DNA from: Xylographa opegraphella
Lineage: Eukaryota
Direction of reading: 5' to 3'
DNA length: 64,000 nt
NCBI GenBank assembly: GCA_022813865.1
Contig: JALDZX010000014.1
Span: 1-64,000 of the forward strand
Shown here in pieces: positions 38,150 through 51,214 of this stretch. Each line of letters starts with the position of its first letter. The first letter of the stretch is position 1. The notes under the pieces were generated by a model. That model made no database searches and was not told where the DNA came from. It worked only from the letters and a program-made list of their open reading frames with translations. The translations under genes and the position numbers were made by a program.

Positions 38150-39286
38150 GCTGAGAAATGTTTCTATTCCAATTTTTGAATGGTTAAAAAAAGATTGCCT
38201 GCAGATAGGATACCTAAGAAAATATCAACTGAACCACACTGACATTAAGAATTTTGAGCATACAGATGTAAACATTGTTATTAATTTACCCTATTTCTAC
38301 TCAATAAAGGGCACTTGGCTGTGCTGTCGACGTGAGCTGGACACTCTGGCTCCTTCAACGGACTCTAATATACTATACTTTCAACTCTAATAACCATCAC
38401 AGGCGCGGCACTTAGAATAGGACTTTAGTCCCACACCGAAGAATATCACGCTGCAACCAAGATATCTAGTGCGTTTCGCATACTATCTCTGCTATCTCTT
38501 CTCCAGATTATCAATGTGGCACGAGCTCAGTTCGGCCCAAAGAATCTCTATCAGACCCGTAGACGATGGTTCTGGTATGGGCTGTGATGCTGTCAGGACC
38601 TGGTAAAGTTATCCTATTATCCTAGGGTCCGAAAACTGTATTCAAGGATATTGCTAGACAGCGCGAACACCTCTTGATCCAACTTCAGTGACACAGTTCT
38701 GTAGATGCAACGGCGGTATCTGTTCTCGCGCATCGGACGATCACGGGTGCTTCTCAAATGCTTGTACCACTCCCTTAGGACCTAGAATAGGTACCTAGGT
38801 TCTACGTTCGACTAAACTTACTGCCGCGACAATGCAACCTGACCCACCGAAGCACCCACCACTAAGGAAACCTTTAAAGCTAATTTCTTAGCTCATCTAT
38901 TTTTCAAATCCTTCGTGGTGATAACTATAAGAATTTGATGTCCTGACCTAAGAGTCGTGGCCTCTGATTTTGTAAAATGGCGGTCACAAATTTTACGTGC
39001 CTATTTGCCCCGCGAGATGATATAGAACACTCGTACATGATTTGTCAAATGGATACCCAGCAACATCTGCGATAGTTTCTGCTCGTCATACCTATTCATG
39101 TTGCTTGCTAATAGAAAGACAACCCCGGAAAATTTGAAAATTTAAGAGCAGATTCACCATCAAGGCACGTATCCAAGATTCGACATATATTGAATACTTG
39201 ATCACGCACAACTAAGTCCTCTTCCCCCAACTCATAGGCCGGCGTTGATACGTCCACACCAAATCCTCCGAGCCAGCCGTGGAATC

Positions 39287-41728
39287 ATGTCCTTCAAGCC
39301 TCGTGTTTTGTTTCTTGATGCTTACGATTCATTCTCGAACAATATTATAGCATTATTGGAGAGACAATGCAATGTTCATGTGACCAAGGTCTCCATTGAT
39401 GCTGTCATAACTGACCTCGAGGACTATTTAAGCACCTTTGCTGCAATCGTATGTGGACCTGGTCCAGGCCATCCAAACCGCCCGAACGATGTCGGCTTGT
39501 TCAAGGATGTTTGGGCTCTAACAGACGACAATATTATTCCGGTCCTAGGTATTTGTTTGGGCTTCCAGAGCCTTGCCTATGAGCTTGGCGCCTCTGTTAT
39601 TTGTCTGCCACAGCCACGGCATGGAATTAGGACATGCGTCACAACCTCGTCAACCTTTATTTTCGAAAACATTCCAGAGGTCCATACCGTCCAGTATCAT
39701 TCTCTTCATGCTGTCTTGGGGGAAGACACTGGCACTGACCCGAAGGATACGCGCCTCTGGAAGCCTTCTCTGCTTTGCCCTGATATCCAACCTCTGGCAT
39801 GGGACTTCAGTGGACAAGCAGGCATGCACTCGAAGTTTCACAAGAATCCACACTCGATCCTTATGGCTATCAAACACAAAGACAAGCCATATTATGGAGT
39901 CCAATTTCATCCAGAATCTATATGTTCAGATCCATCAGCCCAGCTAGTGGTTGCAAATTGGTGGCGAAGTGCCTCGGAATGGCTAAGCTGCAAACGTCCG
40001 ATCCGACTTCTCGCATTCGATTCATCGGGCTCTGACCGCTTTAGACCGCTAGTACGTGTGCCCAACTTGGAGAGTGGAGATAATAGCCAGATGACTCGCT
40101 CAGGGTCGTCTGCCTCAACTCGATCCTCAGCCTCCTCGGCCATCACATCGATCTCTATTTGCGAAACGCAAGAGCACTACCCAAAGCTTGTCTCTACCTC
40201 TCTACCTATGAGAGCTCTCAATATTCCCTCAATATGTAACGCATTGGATCTTTCCAAGGACGAGTGTATCATCCTTGATTCTGAAATGCGGCAGCTTCCA
40301 CAACTCGGAGTGTTCAGTATCATTGGCACTGTTCTTCCTCGTACGAAAAAGATAATGTACTCTGTTGGTGCTAAGGAGGCAATATTGCAACAGGGAGTTA
40401 AGGAGGAGCTCATTGATCTTGATGACTACGAGGGCAATATTTTCTCATTCATTAAGACGTTCATGCGCAAGTATAAAATCGATACGAATACAGACCGAGT
40501 CTTCTGCGGAGGGCTTATGGGGTATATCACCTACGAGGCCGGTCTAGAGACAATTAAAGTACCTGTATCAGCTCAATCCAGCGGTCCAGATATCTGTTTT
40601 GCCTTTGTTGAATGCAGTATTCTGATTGACCACAAACAGCAAACGGTACACGTCCAGGTCCTACAAATGGAGGAACATGATCACGAGGCTGATCGCTGGG
40701 TGACTAAGACCGTAAATATCTTGGAGAATCTGTCGAAGCAGAAACCCACACCCACTCCTGATATTCAGTCTCACACATTGTCAGAAGCAATGAGACGAAG
40801 AACACTACCGATGGAGTCCGAGTACAAAGTCAAGATCGCCCGGTGCCAACAGGAAATTGCTGCAGGAAACTCCTATGAGCTTTGCCTCACAGACCAAACC
40901 TCAGTGTCACTCGGAGACGAAATTTCGTCTTGGGATATGTATGTCAAACTTCGCCAATCAAATCCGGCCCCTTTTGCTGCTTATGTACGACTTGGTCCCC
41001 TTACACTACTCTCGACGTCTCCAGAACGTTTCATGAATTGGTCAAGGTTTCAGAAGTCCTCTAACGGTCTCGAAAACTCGGAACCTGAGTCGGCCTCAAC
41101 ATGCCAATTTCGGCCTATCAAGGGCACGGTCAAGAAAAACCAAGCAAGACGCGACGGCACGATTCATCACGTTACCCACCACGAAGCTACAGAAATATTG
41201 AAAACCCAGAAGGAGCAAGCCGAGAATCTGATGATCGTCGACCTTATTCGCCATGATCTTTATGGTGTTTGCCGTGATGTATGTGTGAAGAGTCTTATGG
41301 TTGTCGAGGAATATGAGAGTGTATTTCAGCTTGTTAGTGTCATCGAGGGTGAAATATACAAGTCTACCCGTTCACTGCCCTCAACACCCGATGAAATATC
41401 GGGGATCGATTGTTTAGCAACATCTTTGCCTCCCGGAAGTATGACTGGAGCTCCAAAGCGAAAATCTTGTCAACTTCTCCGCGAGATTGAGAATGAGAAG
41501 CCACGGTCGGTCTACTCTGGAGTTTTAGGTTATATGTGCGTTAGTGGAAAGGGGGATTTCTCCGTTATCATCAGGAGCCTCTACAAATGGGATTCTCCCG
41601 AACCGGACCATTCAACATGGAAGATCGGAGCGGGTGGTGCAATTACGACACTAAGTACGGAGGACGATGAGTGGGAGGAAATGTTAACCAAACTACAAAG
41701 CACCTACCGGCTGTTCGACTCGAATTGA
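39287..41728 (+). CDS. ABZ1: Aminodeoxychorismate (PABA) synthase, PabA-PabB fusion
   Basis: LDAYDSFSNN, GPGPG, GICLGFQ, GVQFHPES (class I GATase), then GNSYELCLT, SPERF, RPIKGT, AENLMIVDLIRHDL, LPPGSMTGAPK and GAGGAI. Intronless. Confidence 0.95.
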   Translation: MSFKPRVLFLDAYDSFSNNIIALLERQCNVHVTKVSIDAVITDLEDYLSTFAAIVCGPGPGHPNRPNDVGLFKDVWALTDDNIIPVLGICLGFQSLAYELGASVICLPQPRHGIRTCVTTSSTFIFENIPEVHTVQYHSLHAVLGEDTGTDPKDTRLWKPSLLCPDIQPLAWDFSGQAGMHSKFHKNPHSILMAIKHKDKPYYGVQFHPESICSDPSAQLVVANWWRSASEWLSCKRPIRLLAFDSSGSDRFRPLVRVPNLESGDNSQMTRSGSSASTRSSASSAITSISICETQEHYPKLVSTSLPMRALNIPSICNALDLSKDECIILDSEMRQLPQLGVFSIIGTVLPRTKKIMYSVGAKEAILQQGVKEELIDLDDYEGNIFSFIKTFMRKYKIDTNTDRVFCGGLMGYITYEAGLETIKVPVSAQSSGPDICFAFVECSILIDHKQQTVHVQVLQMEEHDHEADRWVTKTVNILENLSKQKPTPTPDIQSHTLSEAMRRRTLPMESEYKVKIARCQQEIAAGNSYELCLTDQTSVSLGDEISSWDMYVKLRQSNPAPFAAYVRLGPLTLLSTSPERFMNWSRFQKSSNGLENSEPESASTCQFRPIKGTVKKNQARRDGTIHHVTHHEATEILKTQKEQAENLMIVDLIRHDLYGVCRDVCVKSLMVVEEYESVFQLVSVIEGEIYKSTRSLPSTPDEISGIDCLATSLPPGSMTGAPKRKSCQLLREIENEKPRSVYSGVLGYMCVSGKGDFSVIIRSLYKWDSPEPDHSTWKIGAGGAITTLSTEDDEWEEMLTKLQSTYRLFDSN

Positions 41729-43233
41729 ATTCATCTTCATACAGTTAAGCCTTACAGCATCGTAAGGTTGTAGCACTGGACCGGTTTGGTATAAGAAGTC
41801 ATGATGTTAAGTGGTCTGAAGCCTCTGGTCAGAGGCTATGCAGAATCATAGGGTGGTGTGGCATATTTTTCTTATATCGACGTTGATCCATGTGCAGCCT
41901 GGTTATCATCTAACCAGCTCTCTTACCACCAGTTGACTACCTTATAGCTTCGTCTCCAATACGAGATGCGAAAGATTCCCCGAATGCTCACTCAAAATGT
42001 ACATTCTAAGATCATCGTCATTGGCCACGGCGAAGGCCTGATGGAGGATAACAAAGGCGTGCCTCGACCCTTACCTGGCGGCCTGCAACATTGTGTGGTG
42101 TTCAACCTTGTCAACCACCGAAACCGCTTCGCTCTCATTTTTTAGGAGGTTGTACACAGTCTAGTATTAGCCGTTGTCTTTAGACTAAGTATAGGAAAAC
42201 CATCAACTCCGATGTATGATTAAAATTTGGAACCAAGGATGAAGCCTGCTCATTTTCCACGCTCGACACCGCAGCACAGAGTGATCAGCTAGGTACCCCT
42301 TAAACGCTTTGATATAGCCCATACTGAGAAACACCTATGTGGTGCGTGTATTTTGGGCTGCCGCGCGTTGGCCCGCGCCGAACCAACTCGAATATGGCAG
42401 CTACAGCTGATAGGTTTCGATACATGAGCCATAATGCCATATTTCTTACCCCAAGCATATCAAGGCGCTGTTGGTGCAGGTTGGTCAGATTACCTGAACA
42501 GGCTGTATACCTTAGTAAGGCTAGCTTTCATTTCGTATGGTCGGACTACAGTACGGGCTGGCCTGCTCCGTCGCGTAATGTCTCGTTACGAGCTGTAGCA
42601 GGAGGTAACTTGATCAGCCTGCACCAACAGCGCCCTTGATATGCTTGGGGTGATATTTTCTAGCTTTAGGGCATATAGCTCAGGATTTCCTTTCTGATAT
42701 TCGATCTTTGAGAATGGCTATAGACATTGCTGTGAACCGTATAGGACCTTGCAGCTGGACGGATCGCGACACTATTCTATTTTTTATTTCTATCACAAAG
42801 TCTTTGATCAATTCTAGCACTGAATGTACGCTTCACGCTATAGTATTTGACGAATTTTCAGTGCAGCAAGTCAAGGGCTCGGTGACATTCGTTATTATGC
42901 TCATATAGTAGCCGATCCTGGTTGCCTCGGTTGCTCAGCAATCAAGTTTCGGGTGACACAAACCTGGAGGCTGTCAGGGTGTGACATAACAACCCACATA
43001 GGAGTTGTCCCTCTCCAGCGGCTCAACTCTTCAACAAGTCTTTTGTTTCTAGCCTTCGACGGGAGTTATGAACTGCCTTAAGTTGCTCCGAAGGATGCAC
43101 TAGTTACTAGTGATCTCAGCTGAAGATTACTATCCTGCAGAATATAAGGTATGTACAGTACATATCCTCGTAACCTCCTTTTTAATCTGTCACATTCAGT
43201 GCAAAAATCATCATCACGCTGAAGGATCCAATC

Positions 43234-44102
43234 ATGACATCCTCGCAGTCATCGCCGCTCCCAACGATTCTCCTTGTCCCGGGCGCCTGGCACTCGCCCG
43301 GACACTATTCCGCCTTCCTCTCCGCCCTCAACGCCGCCGGCTACCCAACCATCTGCGAGCGTAACCCCTCCTGCGACACCGCCTCGCCATACACCACCAG
43401 CACCGAGAGTGATGCCGCCGCCATCCGCAAGCTCATCCTTGCTCAGCTCGAGGCGGGTCATGACATCGTCCTTGCGGTGCACTCCTATGGCGGTTGCCCC
43501 GGTGGTGCTGCCGTACATGGCCTCTCCAAGCAGGAACGGAAGGCCGCCGGTCAGCCTGGCGGTGTCGTTGGCCTAATTTTCATCTGCGCCTTTATCGCGC
43601 ACGACGGCCAATCGCTGATCGGTAATCTACCCGACGCGAAGCCTGTTGACTGGATGATCCTGCATGTGTGTTTCCTTCGCAGCCCACTCTTCCGTCTCAC
43701 GCCCACTGACACCACCTCCCCAATCCCCAGCCCGACGGTAATTTCTTCCCCGCCAACCCCAAAGCCGCGTTTTACGCAGACGTCCCGTCCCCGGCCGACT
43801 CCGTCGCCATCAGCCAGCTGCGCTTGCAGTCCGCGACCGCGTTGGACTCGCCCAGTCCGCCGCCCGCGTGGGCGGACGCCGTGTTCGATGGCCGCCGGGG
43901 TTACGTGTTCTGCACCGAGGACCAGGCTATCCCTCTCGCTGCACAGCAAGCAATGGTACAGAATAGTGGTGTCGAATGGGCGGTACGAACGATGCGAGCG
44001 GCCCATAGTCCATTTCTGAGCGACCCAGGACTGCTGGCAGCGCTGGTGGCGGAATTTGTGAGGGACTTTGAAGGGGCGGAGAGACAGGGCCAGGCGGATT
44101 GA
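43234..44102 (+). CDS. Alpha/beta hydrolase (methylesterase-like)
   Basis: LVPGAWH, nucleophile AVHSYGG, CTEDQAI (Asp) and AAHSPFLS (His). Intron at about 43666-43730. Confidence 0.88.
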
Positions 44103-44743
44103 GGGCGCGACGGATGGAGAGTGCTGATGACGGTAGGAAATGGAGAGCGAGCTTGTCGTTGGGAAGATGTGTAGCTTGCGCTTGAGATGGTGCCAGGTAC
44201 GTAGTACAGCTTAGATTGGCCAGTCGCACAACATTGCTCATTCCTGATGCCGCATTTCGCCTTCAGCGTGGCCATCATACCATACTCTGACTCTATCACG
44301 ACCGTGCCTCGCACCAACGACCCTACAGCACATTTCATCCATGTAGGTTTGTGCATTCCGACTCCTTGAGCATGCTGGTGATCCATCTGCTAAACTTTCC
44401 GCAGAGCCTCATGGAAGCGCACTTCCGCAGTGTTTTCTGAGTGAGACACAACCCGGAGGTCCCAGATGGACTGGATGGTTCGTGTTAAGATACCAACATA
44501 GCCCATTATATGAACACCTCGATTAGAAGCCGGCGGCAGTCCTCGGATTGACTTTCGCCAATGTGCCTTCCCGTTCCCATTGTCCGATTGAGGTAGTCGC
44601 TCCGGAGTCAAGACAACTCCCTGCGAGTTGACGACAACGCCACCGCCCCCGATGGAAACGTCTTTGACAGACGTCAATCCTGCGCTCACGGGCTTCTCTT
44701 TTAGCCCATCGGCCTCTGCCCCTAATCCATCGAATCGCCAGAA

Positions 44744-45915
44744 ATGGTCGACAAAGCCCCCTCCGCGGTGCCAGTAGATGCGGAGGCGGTGGAACGCCTC
44801 AACGCGCAGTCGTACTTCCTGCGCGTGCTCCACACCGGCCACCCGATCCACGCCTCGATCCCCAAAGCCAAGCTGCGCGCCATCGCGGACGTGGCCACCG
44901 TCATGGGCGTCTGGATGGACGAAGCGCAGCAGGAATTGCGGACCGCGGCCGTGGGGTCGGAGGAGGTCCGGTTCACGGGCTTCGATGTATCGGACGCGCT
45001 GTTCCCGCGTCAGGTGCGCCCCGGGCAGACGTTCGTTGTGCATGATTTCTTGCAGCCGTTTCCGGATGAGTATCGTGAGCAGTTCGACTTGGTGCATCTG
45101 CGCTTCTTGGGGGCTGGTATGAGAGCGTGTCAGCTGGAGGATCTGGTGGAGTGGGTGATCGAGATTCTGCGTGAGTGTGGAGATGTACTCGTCGATTGGG
45201 GGTGTGCATGATACTGACCTATGGATGTAGGCCCCGGGGGTTACCTTCAATGGCAGGGGCTTGACGCTATCGATGTCTGGACCGTCCCGGAGACATCCAT
45301 GGCGAAGCAGATGATCTACTGGCTGGTCAGGGAGAGACTTGCCAGCGGGCTCGCTCCAGCGTGAGACCCACCCACGCATTTTCCGCGACGTGGTCAACAG
45401 GCCCCTAATGCATGGCAGTGCTACCACCCCCATCGTGAAAGCCCTCCAATCCCGGAAAATACAGCTGGAAGACCGGGGCCATCAACCCCATGTGCTGGAC
45501 CGACGCCCTCCTCCGCATCTACCACCTCGAAACGATCTCCACGGCCGACCACCCGTGCGCGGAAGTCCACTGCCTGAAGCACCAATGGACCCTCAACTTC
45601 CTCATCCCCCTCCTTGAGACCTGCGCCGCCGCCCGCGCCGTCAAGGCCAAGGAGCCCCGGCTGCCGTGGCATACCGCGGAGATGCTCGTCGTGGAGACGG
45701 CGCGCATCACGCGGCTGGTGCAGACGATGAAGCATGGGCCAGATGGCACGCTCGGCGGCTTTGACCTTTTGATGACGCGCATCGTGGCGAGGAAGGCGAA
45801 GGTCTTTCCGCAGAACGGGCCGTGGCTGGCGGAGTGGCATAGTACGGAAGGATATCCGGGACAGGGCATGGAGGATGGAGGAGTAGGGGGTCGGAGCGTG
45901 GACTGGTGGACATGA
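44744..45915 (+). pseudogene. SAM-dependent methyltransferase (LaeA-like class), degenerate motif I and frameshift
   Basis: ERLNAQ, IADVATVMGVW, TGFDVS, VHDFLQPFP, FDLVHLRFL, LRPGGYLQW. Introns at about 45171-45230 and 45361-45418. A 1-nt shift at ~45474 separates the spliced frame from the C-terminal ORF 45490..45915. Confidence 0.65.
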
Positions 45916-46875
45916 GGTGTATCAGGATGTGGCCCAATGTCGGGGTCTCGTCTTCCGCCGCGGGAGAGGGTGTATGCCACGGATACTACGGTATTGTATA
46001 AAGACCACTATCGGTAAGCTGTCTCAAGGACACCATGCGGAGAAATTGTTTTTCGGAGCAGTATGCCGGGGACTGCATAGCGCAAACACCACAACCATCC
46101 TCCCTTCCCGATACATATCTCGAATACCCAAACGTACCCGCTGCTCCACCCACGCGCGCGGGTGTTCACATCACCAAATGCAGTCCACACGTGAAAGCTA
46201 CTCCGTACCCGTGCCATCAACCGCTGAACCACGACCAAACGTCTACCCTACCTACCCGTTCCGATATACCTACACGACCCCGAATTCCAAGCCGCATGCA
46301 CGGCATCTCGACTCTTTCCCCACCCCCTTCCGACACCCGTACCACAACACATTCACCCCGATTACATTCACCCACCTACCCATAGCATAACCATTCTCCC
46401 TGATCGAAGATCCTAGCATCTGCGTCCGCCTCCCTACCATTATATCCAACCAGCCTCCAACCAACGCTCCCCCCCCATACCACCCGCTTATCAAACAATT
46501 CGTCCCGAGGGCATTTCATGTGGATGTCGGAGATGGGGCCTGCGGGAAAAGGGTGGGAAGGGGAAGGGAAAGGGGGGTTGTGGTGCCTGCAGCGTGACAG
46601 TGCGGCCGGATGGATGTGAGGCGGGGTGAACGATGGCAATGGCGAGCCCTTCAATGGTGTACGGGAATGGAGATGTAGGATCCATCGATTGTGATTCGGT
46701 TTGGGTGCAATACACTTTGCACAAGGATGGTATGCGATTCGCAAAGAATGCGTGACATGAATCATTCAATTCCTAGACAATTATACATCTCTCCTTGCTA
46801 TGGACATGGCTGGCCGGCTGACTATCTACCGCCTTCATATCGCCCGCTCCGCCTGGTATAAACGTAGAACACACT

Positions 46876-48459
46876 TTACTTCTTGTACGTCGTCAGCGAG
46901 GGGGTGCCGGGGGCAGCGGGGTCGGAGAATCTCGTCTGCACAAACACCTTCTGCATGTGGTCGCCACGCTTGTTGAAGATGTCGTAGACTGTGTCCAGCT
47001 CGGAGACGTCGACCCGGTGGCTGAGCATCATGAGAGGATCGGTCTTGCCTTCTTGGATCATGGAGAGCAGTTTTTCCCAGTAGAGATGGACGGGCGCCTG
47101 GCCGTTACCGATGAAGCGAATGCCACGCTCCATAAGAGAGCCGATATTGAAGTGATTGGTCTGTGATAGAGAAGGAGATTAGTATCACGTTACAGAGGAC
47201 AACGAGGGAAACATACGTAGCCAACGTAAACACCAGTGATACCACATCGGCCGAAGTTCTTTACACTCGTGATCATCTCATTTAGGATCTCACTGGTATC
47301 GGTCTCGGCTCCAAGCAGCATTTCGAAATAGTGTGCCCATCCCTTGGCGTACTCGCCTGCCACGCACTCTAGCGCTACATCCGGGCCGCCGTGCTCCATC
47401 TCCTTCAGCATACTCGTGACGCTTTGTCCTTTAGGTAAAGTGCTGAAGTTGAGGGTTTCGATCTTAGGTATCTTCTCCTTGACGAAGTCGAGCCTCCACG
47501 CGCCTGGGCCACCGTCGATAAGAATGACTCGCTTGGCTCCATTGGTAAAGGACATCTCGGCTGCCATTTGACCGATGGGGCCGGCACCCCAGATAGCAAC
47601 CACGTCGCCTTCCTTGACACCAGTGTCGACGACGCAGTTCCATGACGTGCAGAGCACGTCGGAGAGATATAATCCCTTCTCATCGGGAACATTGTCGGGG
47701 AGAGGAAGAAGGTTAACATCGCCAAAGGGAACACGGACATACTCGGCTTGTCCGCCAGCAAAGCCGCCGGTGAAATGTGAATAGCCAAACATACCTATGG
47801 ATCTCGTCAGAACTCATGTACTTGTTAAGACTCAAGTAATGGAGGGAACGTACCAGCAGTCCGCCCGCCGTACATGGCATTCTCGATAGTGTTGTCGTTT
47901 GTTCGTTCGCATTGACTCGATAGCTTCTGCTTGCAGTACATGCACTCTCCGCAGGCAATCTGGAAAGAGGCGACCACTCGGTCGCCCTTCTTGAACTTTG
48001 TGACTTCAGAACCCCACTCGAGGACCCTTCCGCAGAACTCGTGGCCTAAAATGTCGCCCTTTTGCATTTCCACCACGGACCCTGGTGTACAGTCAGAGTT
48101 GAGCTGACGGCTAGTATCACGAGCAAAAGGATCAGCTTACCGTGGAGGAGATGCAGGTCACTACCGCAGACTGTGCTGCCTGTGACTTGAAGGATGACAT
48201 CCCGAGGCTCGATGACTCTAGGTTTGGGGGCATCGACTAATCATCGATAAGCACAATCTACTGTTTGGGCACAACGGTTATACTCACTGACTTGCACGTC
48301 GTTCTTGCCCATCCATACGAGAGCTTTCATGGTCTCGCCGCTGGGATCGGCATACTTTGCACGGTCGCGAGCCGGGTTGGTCATGTCCTGCTCAGTCACA
48401 GCGACACCCTGATGGCCCACTGCCTTCTCCACGTAGTTTGCTGCCTGTGACATTGCCAT
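46876..48459 (-). CDS. Zn-dependent MDR, formaldehyde dehydrogenase-like
   Basis: TVCGSDLHLLHG, ILGHEFCG, IACGECMYCKQKLSSQC, GGQAEYVRVP, YLSDVLCTSW, IWGAGPIG. Four introns. Confidence 0.9.
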
Positions 48460-49360
48460 CTTGACTGTATTTGCTGGGGGATAATATGTGGATTCCTGGT
48501 GTTTCGAGTATGAATATGGTGATGTAGGAGGGGTTTGGTGGGATGAGGTGGGATGAAAAATCGGTCTAGACGACTGTGCATTTTAAATGCGCGATGTTCA
48601 TGCTGTGTCGTCATGTCATCCGCCTTCCGTTGGAGTCTTCCACTGGGCATTGCGTCAGGGCGAGACCGTTGACGCTGAGCAGGGATAGTCGATACGTACT
48701 GCTGGAAGTCCGTCTCCGCCTTCGGCTCAATCGACGTCGAATTGCCATGATGGACCCGCATATGCCGAACTCGCCAATTGCGATGCTAACCGAGGCCTGC
48801 TAGTTGTACCACAGTACGTAGGACTCAGCACGTGACCTTGTCATGTAATCAGCCATCGTCGTTTTCAAGGCTGACTTTAGCCGTCTCGGCCGTGAAGGAG
48901 TAGCGGAGTAGCGCCGGAACCGATTTTAGCGCACGGAAATTCCGACCCCAGGCCTTTTGACTCGATCCAGCCTTCAGGAGCACCGCCGGTGTGAAGCTTC
49001 CCCCATATGTAGGGCTTTGGACTGCTCTAACGCCTTTGAACGTTGTATGAGTAACATTCAGAACAAGCCCCACAAAAGCGAAGCTGGAGCATCTCCGACA
49101 ACATCACGACAGATTTCGTCCAACACGATATGAACTCCCATCAATATTCAGAGCACTCCATGAAGCACGAACTTATCAATAGGAATCAGCTGGGAGGGCA
49201 ATTAGAAGTGCAAAGACATCGCTGGTCAAATGGCGTATCGGTTAAAATTGAGCACTGAGGGATCTCATCCTATTATAGCTTCGTGTCACGTTATTTACAT
49301 TTCAATGGTTCACAACTCCTTCCAAGAAAGCAACGCGAATGCAAGAGTGTCTCTCCACGG

Positions 49361-50757
49361 TCACGGCCCGTTCGCTCGCGGTCCGCTGTTTTGGATCGTA
49401 GAGCCGGGGTATCCCATCCCATACTCCGATACGGTCTTCCCAGGCGGCAGGCCCGGACAGGAGCCCAGCGGCGCCAGTGCAGGCAGCAGCTGAATCGGGA
49501 TGAGTGCGAGAGCGTTGATCAAGGCTACGCCGTCGAACACATTTTGCAACGACGAGGGCGCCTCAGCCTGGATGTTCTGTGAGATGAAACAGCCCAGCTC
49601 GGAAGGATTGGTGAGCGATGCACTGTTGAACACTCCGCCTGATATGTCGCCGATATCGACCCCGCTGAAGGTGTTGACACCGTTCGTGTTGCCTCCGACA
49701 GCACACGTTTGGGGATAACTGAGGCATTGCTGCGCCACCGCTTCGAGGATGTCAGGCAATGTCCATAAATCCTCAAGAGACCGGCGGTACCAGTTTTCGG
49801 GGATTCGCTCATAGCCGTAGGTATAGTTGAGAGACCCGTCACTGGCGCGTGTATAGGAGAAGAATGACTCCAGTACGGATGGCGTGAGCAGGCCTCGTGG
49901 ATATTCCGCCGAGTGATTGGCCATAAGCTCGAACACAAAGAGATGTGCAGCGGGCGTAAAGGCGACGCCGGCAAAAGCCGGCGAAAAGTAGTTGGGATTA
50001 TTGGCGATGGAGTAAAGCTTTCGGTTATTCTGATGAGCCGCAAGGACTGGGGCGTTGATATTGCCGCCGTTCATCTCGGTGGCGAGGTCTAAGAGCTCTT
50101 GAAAGAAGACAGGATATGACGCGCAATTCGAGTTCATTTCGGGCGCGAGGAAGTCTCCACGTGTGATTGACGCATCGCCTTCACTCTTCAGATGGCCGTA
50201 GGCACAGATACCAGTCTCTTCCCCCAAAAGACCCTGCAACGGCCCGAGCGAAGATGTGGCGTCAGAGTGGTAGCCGATCGACCAGCGCTGAGAAGCTGGA
50301 TCGCCGTCAAAGAATGTCGTCGTTTGTTGCAGGACCTGAGTCGCCGATTGGTCTAAGCCGTATGCTTCGAACAGGCCAGTCTCAACAGTCTCGTAAGTTG
50401 CAATACCATTACGAGGCAGATAGTTGTGATTTGCTGCAGCATTGAGACCAGGACAGGGACCTCTTATATCATTTGGTCCTGGAGCAATCCATGCATGGGT
50501 TCCGGTCACATCGACCAGCTGGGCACTGGCATTGAAACTGTTAAATGCTGCATGACTCGGTAGGCCTGGATATTCAGGGAAGGGCGTGGCTGGCACTGTT
50601 TGACCTAGAAAACGAAGTCAGCTTTCGGTTCGAATTGAGCAAACGTGATTGCTTTACGTTTTGCTTTGCTTTGAGCTACCCGGCGAGCAATGTCCGGATA
50701 TGCGGTTGTGAAGGCTACTTGCAAGAGCAACGACGTGAGCAATAACTTGGAAGGCAT
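49361..50757 (-). CDS. Secreted heme-thiolate peroxidase (unspecific peroxygenase/chloroperoxidase family, long type)
   Basis: Signal peptide MPSKLLLTSLLLQVAFTTA, propeptide ending AKR across intron 50605-50657, RGPCPGLNAAANHNYLPRNG (proximal Cys), EGDASITRGD and GYERIPENWYRR. Confidence 0.9.
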
Positions 50758-51214
50758 TTTGTAAACTAGAGGCCAGCGCAATATGTGAGATAGTCAGGTC
50801 GAAAACCGAGGATTCTCCTCCGATTTATAACGAACCACGTCCGTGTCGCCCGAGCATGGCGCTTCAGGTTCGGTCTCGGTGCTTTGCTTCGTACACCGTC
50901 ACCTTTCTCTTTGTCTGATTGTTGAACAACTTCCGTCATTCCCGTAGAGCTAGCCAACGCCATGAAGATCATGTTTTCGGCACGGACTTTTCAGGGCTAT
51001 TTATTGGTCAAGCTTGCGGTTGCGGATTACTTAGGTCGGTGAAACCCCAATTAGTGTATGCCGAACCTGAACCTTAGGGTTGTCTGGTGACCTTTGTGGT
51101 TACTCCACCCCGCATTCGTCACCCAAGTAGGACGGCGAACATCCATATATGGCCATGGCTTAACGAAATCGTCCTCCTGGTTGAGGGATCAGCGCTGAAG
51201 ACTATGATTGCATC

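Noticed and set aside
44390..45433. 347-aa minus-strand ORF
   Set aside because: It is the antisense shadow of the GC-rich methyltransferase exons and has no motifs.
50766..50972. 68-aa ORF ending just before the peroxidase ATG, as a possible uORF
   Set aside because: A TATAAA-like box (~50824-50829, minus strand) lies inside it, so the transcript probably starts downstream of its ATG.
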